This document shows positions 37,000-48,500 of a DNA stretch of 64,000 bases, piece after piece. Location: assembly GCA_043228905.1 (NCBI GenBank), contig JBHGNT010000016.1, forward strand, positions 18,972,001 through 19,036,000. Direction: 5' to 3'. Position 1 is the stretch's first letter; the number at the start of each line of letters is the position of its first letter. Source of the DNA: Azolla caroliniana (Eukaryota > Plantae > Polypodiophyta). The notes under the pieces were generated by a model, which ran no database searches, was not told the DNA's origin, and saw only the letters and a list, made by a program, of their open reading frames with translations. The translations under genes and the position numbers were made by a program.

Positions 37000-39165
37000 G
37001 TTACCTTAGGACTATTATAGTTACAATTCCCCTTTCACCAAGCCATCAAGAGGTCACAGACTCACCTAGTTCCCAACACCAACCTAGTTGCACACAAAGC
37101 CTAACCTAACCATACAAATATGGGTCTTGAAGGCTCAAATATTCCCTACTCGTGAAGCTAGACAAGGCTGGATCGCCATGTCTTACCTACCTCTAATACA
37201 ACCCAACACTCAATATTGGGCTCCGTTGTCGCAAAGTTACGTGCTTCGAATTCATCTTCGCCATAGCCAAGAAATAGGCATGGTCAGCTCTTGGGATCGA
37301 GTTTCCCCCTTTGGTCCTTAGCTATATGCACATAGGCCAGGCAATCGAATACTCTTAGATGCCGATATGACACCTCTTTGCCGTACCATACCCTTTGTGG
37401 TATGTCACCTTCCAGTGGAACCAAGGGCGACCTATTGATCACATAAGCAGCAGCCAGCAGCGCCTCAACCCGGTAAATCTTTGGTAATTTTGCATGTGCC
37501 AACATACATCGAACTCTCTCCATGATCGTCTAGTTCATTCTCTTGTCCATCCCATTCAGTTCCAACATCGTCGGCACTATACTCTAGTCGAATACCTTGA
37601 GTTCGGTAGTACTCTTCGAATTGGCCTCAGTATTCACCTCCATTGTCCATTCAGACCGCTTTTAGTTTTCGGCCGGCTTCTCTCTTAGCTCTCACTTGGA
37701 ACTCCTTGAAAACACCTAGTACTTGATCCTTCGTCTTCAACACGTAAGCCCACAACTTACGACTATAATCATCAATGAAGGTAACAAAGTGTTGTCCACT
37801 GGAATGAGATTTAGCATCTACATAACATACATTGGTGTGTATGAGTTCTAGAACGGTTTTCTTCCAAATTGGGGGCCTCGGTCAAAATGCGACTCTATTT
37901 TGTTTACCAACAAGGCAATCAACACATTTGTCAAGATGCACTTTCTTCACCTCCGGTAGGAGTTCTTTTTCGGTTAGCATTGTTACCGTATGAGATGTAC
38001 GAAGAGTAAAGTGTGATGAGCGAGGGTGGAATGCTATAATGTTGTTGATGTGTATGTGTAAATGTGTAAGTGTAATTGTGAGTGTGAGTAGATGCGTATG
38101 TGTACACATGCACACTTGCGTGCATGTGGACAAATAAGAAGAGGCGTGAGTGAGAAGGGGGCTTGCACCCCTGTGTATCTACCCTTTTGTAACTATTTTT
38201 AACTCCCTTATGGGGAATGAATGAAACAATGAATATTTCTCTCTCAACTTCTCTCTCTTTGACACCTTTCTCTCTCTCTTCCTCCTCTCTCACGTTGAAT
38301 CCCCTTGGGAGGGGGGTGGAGCCATTCTAGGCACCACCCCCACCCCACAAGGCTTTTAAATGCACATCACAATCATGCCATGAACCCCGCAATGCTAATC
38401 ATCACCACACCCCACTATCATCGTCATTAACCCTAACCCTAAAACCAACAACAAGCATCTACATTCCTTTCTGGCTCATGTGGCATACCTCTTGTGCCAC
38501 ATCTCTCTGGCTATGTCGGCTACCACGTTTACCTCATTTCTGCATAATCGAGCATGCATCAAATACAATGTATTGGTTTTTCGGGCTCTAGCCACAATCA
38601 GGCTTCCTCGGCAGAACTTCATGACACCGTTTTGGATGCTATCCATGTAGCCTTCATCATCTAGCCTACCGGTTGATATCAGATTCAATCTGGCTTCCGG
38701 AACGTGTCGTACATCTTTCAACACAAGTCTACACCTGGTTGACATTGTCAAGCACACATCTCCAATCCCGACGATTCAACATGCTCCGTCATTTCCCATT
38801 TTTATAGATATGAGATCTCTGGCTCTATAAGATGAGAACCATTTCCAATTGGGGGTTTGGTGGAATGATGCACCCGAATCGACCACCCATGTCGATTCAT
38901 CACCGACAAGGTTCACTTTGTTTTGGTCACTGATGAGCAACACCTCCTCCTCACTTGTCGCGATTGCCGACGTGTTCTTGCTAACCGAAATCTTCTTCGA
39001 CTTCACACCATCGGCTCCCCCCTTTTCCTTTCGGAAGTGTTGACAATTCTTTTGGAAGTGCCCCGGCTTCCCACAATAGAAACACGTGGGCGTTCCCCTC
39101 GACTTCGACCTTGTCCTCGACTTATCTCAATTCTAGGGACTTCGATTTCGGCCTCTTCCTCGATT
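37000..39165 (-). mobile_element. Degenerate Ty1/Copia internal region (gag zinc knuckle, protease, integrase), interrupted by a solo LTR
   Basis: CFYCGKPGHFQKNC (~39045-39086), WVVDSGASFH, LVLKDVRHVP..RLNLISTG and integrase MERVRCMLAHAKLP...AAYVINRSP..LRVFDCLAYVHI. Confidence 0.85.
37981..38453 (-). mobile_element. Solo LTR (473 bp) with perfect 5-bp TSD AGCAT, inserted in the Copia
   Basis: TGTT...AACA termini; AGCAT at 37976-37980 and 38454-38458. The Copia reading frame continues on both sides. Orientation is tentative. Confidence 0.85.
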
Positions 39166-39169
39166 GGTA

Positions 39170-39400
39170 TAGAATTGTGATGAAAACTTTGGTTTTTTCA
39201 TCAACTCAAGCTCAAATTAAATTTATTTATTTTAAATCCGGGAAAAAAAAACTTTGAACATGAATTCGATACATTGTATCAAATTGTGATGAAAACTATG
39301 TTTTTTACATCAACTCGATACAATGTATGGAGTTCATGTAAATTTTCTTTTTTTTTCAAATAAAAGAGCTTTTTTAAACATGAACTTGAATCGTACTAAA
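39170..39400. repeat. Short patch of palindromic repeats (CATGAA.TCGATACA.TGTAT...TT.ATG) with A/T spacers
   Basis: CGATACATTGTATC (~39267) and CGATACAATGTATG (~39316); AATTGTGATGAAAACT is repeated. Confidence 0.55.
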
Positions 39401-39549
39401 ATCTCTATTTTTACAAGAGAAAAAGATGCATATCGATAATGCAAAGAAGTATGTTGCACAACAAGATACCTTATAGTGAACATGTGCTTCATTGATTAAC
39501 AAAAACCCATTATAATTGTGTTGATGGTAATTGAACCTTGCAAATGCCA

Positions 39550-40050
39550 TTTACATGGTCTCAATCACCGCTTCAAGCACTTAATGTTGATCGTCATAGT
39601 TTGGTTCATCTACAACAGAGAAACATTTATGTGGAACCAACGATGACAACACGAGCATAACTCATGTGACAAGGAAACTTGCAAGAAGTCAAGGTGGGGG
39701 ATATTAATAGCTACACATGTAGATGGCCATGACCTAGGGCACCAATTCTGCATTGGTAAAGTTTTGGACGTGGTGATGCATTAAACCTTTGTAATTCACC
39801 TACCATTGACATTAGTGAGGTGGATATCATTGTGTATGGATTTACACTGAACAAAAGTTGGATATTTAAGGAAGACAATGATAAACATAATAAAAGAGAT
39901 ATTACCAAGTCTAGAAGATGTCTTAGATTGAAGATGACCAAGATTTAGTGCACAAAATTTGGAGACACCATTTGGTGAAGACAATGATTTGATTGGTATA
40001 TTTGAAAATGAGGAGGAAGAGTCACAATTGTATATTAGCTATAGTAGTGA
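39550..40050 (+). pseudogene. Decayed protein-coding remnant of unknown, possibly DNA-transposon, origin
   Basis: Broken plus-strand frames give protein-like segments NLQEVKVG, LIATHVDGHDLGHQFCIGKVLDVVMH, TIDISEVDIIVYGFTL and YLRKTMINIIKEILP. Family not recognised with confidence. Confidence 0.35.
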
Positions 40051-40394
40051 TTCTCATGAAAGGAATGATCATAGTGATGCAAGTAACTCCTAAATGTATT
40101 TTTTGTGCAATGATATGTAACAAATTTAGACAACATTTTATCGAATGACATAAAAACGTTGATTGTTGATATTGACATTGGAGCAGCGGCGCAGGAGGGT
40201 TGAATCGCACCGGTAGACAACGGAAACGGAACTGGAGCAGGAGCCGGAGCCGAAGCCGAAGCAGCGGAAACGTGAGGGTCCAGAAGCCTCCCACTGCTCA
40301 TTGACACAGACGCCTCTCCTCCCCGCCGCTGCTGCATCGCCCTCCTCAGTTTCGTGAGGAGGCCATCATTTAGGGTTTCCTCTCACACCTCCCC

Positions 40395-43300
40395 CACTTT
40401 TCGAGGAGGAGTAGGTTTTGAGGAGTGAACCCCCCCGCCCCCCCCCCCCCCCCCCCCCCCCACACACACACACAGTTCGAGGAGTGAACCCAACCTTCGA
40501 GGAGTGAAACCCCCCCACTCCCCCACTGTTCGAGGAGTGACAAACCCCCCCCCCCCCCCCCAAAAAAAAAAAGAGAGAAAGAGACGCAATCCAAATTTAT
40601 CACTAATGGCACCTTCAAACATCACCACTGTCGAACACATTGCACCAATAGGCCCCTCGATCGATAACGGAAAAACATCTCTGATAGCGGGGGTCCTGTT
40701 GAGATTATTTTCAACAACGAAGAGATGCTTCTACTTGAGAAAGAGATAGAGCGCCTTGAGCGAATAACGGTCATATGCCGAGTGATGGGATCACGACCAA
40801 ACAGAGGGTTGTTGCGAGATATGTTGCAAGCTCAATTTCATTCACAACTCCGTGGTATAAAAGAAGTCCAACCGCTTGGTAAAGGCTTCTATCAAATCAT
40901 ACTAGAAGACAAGGAGTCTACAACGAACCTCATAGCACTTTCCCCTTGCCAGGTCCGAAATACATGGTTGTTCATGTGTAAATGGACACATGGTTTTAAC
41001 CCAGAGAAAGCCGCACAACAGGACGACTCCATGAAAAAGGTAACAATGTTGTTTCCTGGACTATCCTTAGAATACAACATGTTACTTCCTACTATTGGTA
41101 ACTCCTTTGGGATGATGTTGGATGAGGAACTAACGCTAGCAGACAGACTAAAGAAGCACCTAGGCCCTCCCTCTATCCGCCTCTTGGTGCAGGACATCAA
41201 TAAACTTCCCTCGAAGATCCTCATTCTCGGGAAAAACGGAATGCGAATTGAACAACGCATAGAAGTGATTGGCCCACCGGGGCAATGTTTTGCATGCAAA
41301 AAACTTGGTCATTTAAAAAAGAATTGCCCCACAAGACGTATTAAAGATCCTACAAAGGAGACTCTGGAAGGTCAGGATACCATAAGACATCAAAAGCCTC
41401 CCCCTCCACGACCCGACAAGGCTGTGATGGAATGGCGAGTGGTGGAAAAAACCCATGTCCTTCGAAAAACATCACCGGCACAAAATCCTCCATCACCTAT
41501 GAGCCCCAATCGCTTTGATCTACTACAAGAGCTCCCCCCCACAAATGAGCATTCCCCTAGTTCTTTTGTAAGCCCCAAGGAACGACCTAAGGTGACACCA
41601 AGCACCCAAGAGAAAGTTCTCGTTAAAGCTTACAAAATAGGGAAACGAAGACGAATAAGTCATGTAAAGTCCCTAATAAGGAGCTTGAGTGGAACGACAC
41701 CCAATGCAGAAGCAACAACCCAAGGCAGAAGTGTGAATGTCACGCCTCAAATCATAGTCGTCCCGGACACAAATGAGTGTGCTTCCTCTAGCCAAGACCT
41801 TGAACCACACCCACAAAATGCCTTGAAATGGCTAGGTATAGGGCTCAAGACAGTGGAAAAAATAAGGGTACATGTATCAGCGGTGGACAATAACGGAGTT
41901 CCGACGACCTCAATCTCCTTTCCACTCTTGCTTCCGACTCAGGAAGATTGGTCGAAATCCAAGATTAAAGATATGTTATGTAGCCAAGCAGCGTGCTTCG
42001 TAGCACAAATAAGAGATAAAGAGCTCATGAATGAACTAAAGCAACATTGGCATAACACTGAATTCTGGTGCACCATGGATGAAGACGACCCCCATCTTTG
42101 CCACATCCACCTGCGGACTATCATAAACACCCAACTAACTCCAAGCTTTGTCTATTTCTATGAGAAGCATGAAGGGGCGATTGAAGCTCACAAGATAGCC
42201 CACAAACTCCACTCATGGATGTGGACCACTATTCCATCCCTGAAAATGACTGGATGTCTAAATGGTGAGTGCTCCCCACTCACGACCTGTTGTACAAAGC
42301 ACCAGGCACAACTGGCAATCTCCCACCCCATTCCATGAGTATGAAGATTATAACATGGAACGTGCAAGGACTCAGAAGTAGACTAGACCAGCAAAATAGA
42401 TGGAAACTGAGAAGGGATCTTGAAGAATATTTACTAGGGAGTGGTGCTGACATCATCATGTTGCAGGAACACCACCTCGATAGCACACAGTTAAAGGAAG
42501 TCGGAGACCTTCTAACCAGGATCATGGCGAACGATTTGGGAGCCATCAATTGGGGAGGATGGAAATCATGGTGGTATTTGCACTTTGATTTGGGAACATC
42601 TAGCCCAAGGCTTAATACACCAAGAATCACTTATACCTGGTAGGGCACATTTTTGCACGCTGACCATCCAAGGGCAACGATGGAACTTCATGAATGTTTA
42701 TGCTCCAAATAACAGAACAGAAAGAGCAACATTCTGGGACTGCATCCACCTACAAGTAGTGGGTGCGGAAGAGTGGTGCATTGGAGGGGATTTTAATATG
42801 ATCGAATCCATTCATGATAGCTCCAACAACAACCCCATAGTTCTACAAGGAAGGGAACGCAAACAATGGGAGAAGCTATGTGTCCACCTTAACCTGCGAG
42901 ACATCTGGCGTTCTGCCAACTTCCAACGGAAAATGGATTCTCTCCTATTCTCCCGATCAGACGGGCGAAATAGTGGACCCACCCTATCTCGTATTGACCG
43001 CATTTATGTGGGGGAGGGTTTAGAAGCAAAGGGAGGGTGGTGTTGCATAACTCCAGGCATGACCTTCTCTGACCATTACCCGGTAGTTGGTCATTTTCAA
43101 TTGCACCGAAAATGGGGCCCATTCTAGACTCGCATCCCACACACTATTTACACACTTATAGACGTTAAGGACCAACTATCCAACCAATGGCCATTACCCG
43201 TCAATGGCTCATCAGCATCAGACAAACTTTTAGCTAAATTAACAAGAGCCTCTACTCTCCTACATGAGATTGTCAAGACCAGACGCAAGGATGCTCAGGA

Positions 43301-45570
43301 GAAGCGACAAAGGACAAAACGGGGACTAATAACCTTACAACGACTCCAACAGAGATACCCATCCTATATTTGGATCGTAGGACAAGTCCTCACGGCCAAA
43401 CAGGAACTTAGCATGGCATAAAAGGCAATATATGACATGGAGTTTCATGGTAGCATGGCGTGATGGATTCGAGTAGGGGACAAAACCACAAAGGAATTCT
43501 TCCGCTCCAAAGGCCTGAGGCACGCTAGAACTGTGATGCGTAGCCTCAACCGGGAGGATGGAACGACCACTGAGGATGGCGACGAAATGAGGAATATTGC
43601 CACAAGGTATTATAGCCGCCTACTTACCGAAGACATGATAGCTACAGGGGAAGACATAAGCGATGATATTATCCTCCAAAGCATACCCGAGAAAGTCACA
43701 CCGGAAATGAATACCTGGCTCGTGCGTCCCCTATCAATCATTGAGGTATGGGAGGCCCTCACTGATTTAGATGTCGAGAGCTACCCCGGAATTGACAGTC
43801 TCACCCCGCACTTTTTCACATGCCTTTCGGGCACTATTAAAGAAGACCTCCTCCAGGCATATGAGGAGATCATCACCTTTGGAAGCATGCTGGAGGAATT
43901 TGGACAGGGGATGATACATCTCATTCCTAAAAGTGGTGGGAATGTCAACGACATTCACAAGTGGCAGCCCATTACTCTTCTCAATACTGTCTATAAGTTG
44001 CTCGCAAAAATCGTGGCATGCCGTTTAACTCCACTTCTCCCTCAACTCATTCATCCGTCCTAGACAGGTTTCGTTAGAAATCGGAGCATCTTAGACACCC
44101 TCTTCTCATTTTGGGAAGCAGTAGCCCTTGCCAAGTAGACCAACAAGAAGGTAGCAGTGGTGCTACTAGATTTTGAGAAAGCATATGACAGGGTATGCTG
44201 GAACTTTCTAGAAAGTGTGATGAGGAAACTCGGCTTTCAAGAGACATGGATCAAAGGCATTGCAGGATTTTATAGGAATGGCAGCAGTTGCGTTTCGCTG
44301 GTAGGTGAAAGGGGCCCCTTTTTCCGAATATCCCGCTCTGTACGGCAGGGATGCCCACTAGCTCCATCCTTATTTCTATTATACGCCGAAGCACTCTCTT
44401 GCTTTCTCAACTCGCGGCATCTCAACCTACGTGGTCTTCCCATACCTCATTCTTACCAAAGCATCCTGGATATAGAATTTGCAGATGACACAACAGTCTA
44501 CCTGGAAGGGGACCTGGAAAACCTCCAAAAGCTAGAAAGTGGGCTAGTTTTATTTTGCAAGTGATCCAACACCATGATCAATTGGCACAAATCCTGTGCA
44601 ATATGGCTCTCTCAGGAAACACATCCAGCGTGGCACCCACACCCCGCTTTCAAGTGGATCAATCAAGGAGCGAGCACCAAATATTTGGGCTTCCAAATTG
44701 GTTTCAACATACTGCCGGAGACTGTGATTGCACCCGTTATCCTTTCCATTCGACAAAAGTTGATACACTGGAGCTCTAAGAATTTGTCACTAGCAGGTCG
44801 CATCATAGTGGCAAATCAGGTACTCCTCACAACAACATGGTACAGTCTATCATGCTGGACAATCTCCAAGGAAAGTATACATCAGACTCAACGACTGGTC
44901 CGCAACTACATTTTGTCTGGTAAGGAAGACCATGTAGCTCGCGCCAAGGTGCCGTGGCCTATACTCACAACGCCTAAGTCGAGAGGGGGATTGAGTCTTA
45001 TTGATCCCCTTTCACAATCGAAAGCCTTACTTGCCAAATTTGTGGTGCGAGGACTCCAACTAGGAAATGATTGTTGGAAAATGCTACTGAGGTTATGTTT
45101 CGCTTACTTTAGGCCACGAAAAGGGGTCAATTGGGCCCCCCAAACGGGATGGATTCTAAACATGGATCTCAAACCTAGTTTCTCCCGACATTTGGAGGAC
45201 AGATTCAGTGCATCCATGTGGAAGGCATGGTGTGACATTCGTCGAGGGCTCCAGTGTGATCAACCGAGATCCGAACCTGGCTGGCTCAGTCAACGTATCC
45301 TATGGAACCCATGTCTCAAGGATGAATCTAATCAACTACTGGGATCACGTAAGGGGTTGTCATGGGGATACATTGCAGAAGGTCCAGGCAAAAGTATAGA
45401 ATGTTGGCGACGGTTTATGTCAATGCCACTACAAGATCAAGCGAACATACTCCATGGAATCAGGGGCAGATGGACTATGAGATCGGAAATCATTAACGCT
45501 CTACGGATTAGGGAATCTGCTACTCAAAGGACGACAATGGAGAAATGGATAGGACACGAGGAGGAGGGTT
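40395..45570 (+). mobile_element. Near full-length L1-type LINE, 3'-truncated, with disrupted ORF2
   Basis: ORF1 40725-42338 has a DUF4283/RRM-like N-terminus and the CCHC knuckle CFACKKLGHLKKNC. ORF2 from 42335 has the APE endonuclease (IITWNVQG, MLQEHH, NVYAPN, IGGDFN, SRIDRIY, SDHYPV) and RT (LDFEKAYDRV, RQGCPLAP, FADD, KYLGFQIG). Several stops and frameshifts. Confidence 0.93.
40725..42338 (+). CDS. LINE ORF1 protein (537-aa open frame; the true start may be 40606 across a frameshift)
   Basis: Long uninterrupted ORF with LGKGFYQI, a CCHC zinc knuckle, a Pro/Ser-rich linker and an extra C-terminal region. Confidence 0.8.
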   Translation: MLLLEKEIERLERITVICRVMGSRPNRGLLRDMLQAQFHSQLRGIKEVQPLGKGFYQIILEDKESTTNLIALSPCQVRNTWLFMCKWTHGFNPEKAAQQDDSMKKVTMLFPGLSLEYNMLLPTIGNSFGMMLDEELTLADRLKKHLGPPSIRLLVQDINKLPSKILILGKNGMRIEQRIEVIGPPGQCFACKKLGHLKKNCPTRRIKDPTKETLEGQDTIRHQKPPPPRPDKAVMEWRVVEKTHVLRKTSPAQNPPSPMSPNRFDLLQELPPTNEHSPSSFVSPKERPKVTPSTQEKVLVKAYKIGKRRRISHVKSLIRSLSGTTPNAEATTQGRSVNVTPQIIVVPDTNECASSSQDLEPHPQNALKWLGIGLKTVEKIRVHVSAVDNNGVPTTSISFPLLLPTQEDWSKSKIKDMLCSQAACFVAQIRDKELMNELKQHWHNTEFWCTMDEDDPHLCHIHLRTIINTQLTPSFVYFYEKHEGAIEAHKIAHKLHSWMWTTIPSLKMTGCLNGECSPLTTCCTKHQAQLAISHPIP

Positions 45571-45574
45571 CACT

Positions 45575-48500
45575 GATCCCGAGAGGTAGGGGATCACCAG
45601 ATAGACTCGAAGGCCCTGAATTGCGAGACACTGATTGTTCAGGTGTTGCATGCTCCTTATTTGGCCCAATTATCATCGAATTTTGACTCCTCTAGTTGGC
45701 TGTTGTGCGACATCGGCGGCTATTGCTATTTTTCGGTGCTCCCCCTCAAGCGCGGTCGGTCAGTGATTGAGAGGTGTTGAGAATCAAGCTCAACTTGGTC
45801 TAGTGTGTGAACTCACCTTGAGAGTGAATAGACACTCCAACGGTCAAGAGTCACCATTATGTCACCTCTTTGTATTCTAGCATTTAGTATGAGCCATAGA
45901 ATCATATTCTATGACACATAACTTATGAGCTTTCACATTCCCCATGCTCCATGAGTCTTGTAGTTAATGAAGAGAGAGGGTGACTATATAAAGCACCCTC
46001 CTCCCACCTTGTATATATTGAGTCTTTCTCCTTTGTTAATACAATCTACCTTGCATATTCTCTGTGCATTATTTCTTGTCTCTCTCACTCTCTCTCTCTC
46101 TCTCATACACACACATAACTCAGATCTCTTCCGCTTCACAAGAATCATATCCGATTCTTTACATGGTATTAGAGCGAGGTTGGTAGCTCGATCTAGCCCA
46201 TTCGCTTCATTGTGATCCTGTGTTGTGCTTTACGTCGACGACCAAGAACCGGTTCATCGTTATCGTAGCTTCGCTACATAGCTCGCATTCGAAGAGAGAA
46301 GAAGAAGAAGAAGAATCGACATAATGAATACTCAAATGGGGAGTGCTCTCCCTACCAAGAAGTTGGATCGAAACAACTTCGCATCTTGGGAGTACAAGAT
46401 GCACCAATACCTTGTCGGACAAGGCTATTGGAGCTACATCAAAGGAGCGCATGAAGACCGACCCGCCGAAGCGGCTCTTGGATACGCGACATGGGAGCAA
46501 GCCGCAAGCCGCATGATGTATTGCTTGGCGACATGTGTTCACGATCACATGCTCGGCTACATTCGCGAAGCCAAGACGCCGAAGGAGGCATGGGAAAATC
46601 TACGAAAGATTTTCGCGGCGAACACAACCGCAAGAAGGCTTCAACTCCGCCAAGAGTTGAACAACATTCAACAAAGGGACATGTCCATTATGACATACAC
46701 CTCAAAGATCAAGGAGCTTTGTGATTCGCTCGGCTCAATAAGCGTAAACATCGATGATGATGAGATGGTGCAAATATGCCTCGGCGGCCTCACACCATGG
46801 TTCGGCGCGATGCGAACCGCCGTTCTAGCACGGGAGAAATCTCCCTCCTTCTTCGAGCTCCAATCAATGCTATTGGTCGAAGAAAACCATGTGCGTACAA
46901 GGAGCAATGAGTCGGAAGGCCACATGCTCTACACTCAGTCGAACGGAGGAAGAGGACGCGGACGGCCGAGAGGCCGAGAGGCCAAGGACAAGGCGACGAG
47001 GTCCAACCTACGATAACAACTCCCAATTTCGGCCGCAAAACGGAAGCCAACGAGGAACCTTCGCAAGAAGGGGGAGCTTCCACTCCGGCCTGAGCCGTCA
47101 AAACACAACTGAATGTGGATATTGCGGAAAGCTTGGCCACCACGAAGAAGAGTGCCAAAAGAAGATACGTGAATCGGCTTCCACAAGCGGACAACTCACG
47201 AATTACGCGCACAATTCCGACTACGAAGAGTATAGCGGAATGCACAGGCACAACTCCGACTATGAGGATCGTGGCGAAATGTATGCATACAACTCCGACC
47301 GTGGTGGAATGTTCATGATGAAACATAGAACAAACTCTATGTCGGCCTCTACCTCAACTAGTGCCCTCAATCCGGAGGACGTATGGTTTGTTGACTCCGG
47401 AGCCTCAAACCATATAACATCTCATAAAGAATGGTTTCTCGAACTTCGAGAGCCGGAGCGACCCGGTTATGTCGAAACCGGAGATGACACTACGCACCCG
47501 ATTCGGCACATCGACAATGTTCTGTTCGAAAAAGAATGTAAGCAAAATTACATTAAAAATGTCTTGCATGTACTGACCATTACGAAGAATTTGGTCTCCG
47601 TCGGCCAAATTGTAGAGCAAGGGATGCAAGTTTGATTTAATCAAGGTGGTTGCTTCATCGAAAAAGAGGGCCGACTCATCGCACGCGGACGAAGAGAGGG
47701 CCGAATGTTCATTCTTGACCCACACGAGATGAAATCGGCCATGTTCGCAAAGGGCATGAAAGCCGACTCCAACATAGAGTTATGGCACAAGCGGATTGGC
47801 CATATAAATCTCCAAAAGCTCAAAGCAATGAAATCGAAAGGAGTCGTCATCGGACTCCTGACATTCAAAGAGAAGGAGATTGAAGGTGTATGCGAAGCGC
47901 GCCAATTCGGCAAGCAACACCAACACCCATTCCCGAAAGAGCGGAACGTGAGCAAGGTCTACTCGACGTAGTCCATTCCGACGTATGGGGAACGGCTACA
48001 TTCGGTGGATGCTGATATTACGTGCTCTTCATCGATGACTTCTCTAGGTACACTTGGATCTACCCGATGCGGCAAAAGAGCGAAGTGTTCAAACACTTCC
48101 AAACATTCAAGAATGAAGTCAAGAAAGCCACGGGCCGACATGTACGTTGTCTTCAATCGGATGGCGGCAAGGAGTACTTCTCGGACGATTTCACGGCGTA
48201 TCTCCGAAAGGAAGGAATTCGGCGAGAATTCACTTGCCGACACACTCCGCAACAAAACGGGGTAGCCGAGTGCAAAAATCGGCACATCCTCGAAGTAGCG
48301 CGGGCTATGATGAACGAGAAGCATATGCTCAAATCATATTGGGTCGAAGCTGCAAATACAGTCGTCTACCTAATGAACCGGTGCACAACATCCGGTGTGC
48401 ACGAGGTCACTCCGCACGAAAAATACTTCGGAAAGAAGCCAGACTTATCGCACACCTGGATATTCGGCGCGATAGCGTACGTGCACATCCCCGATGAGAA

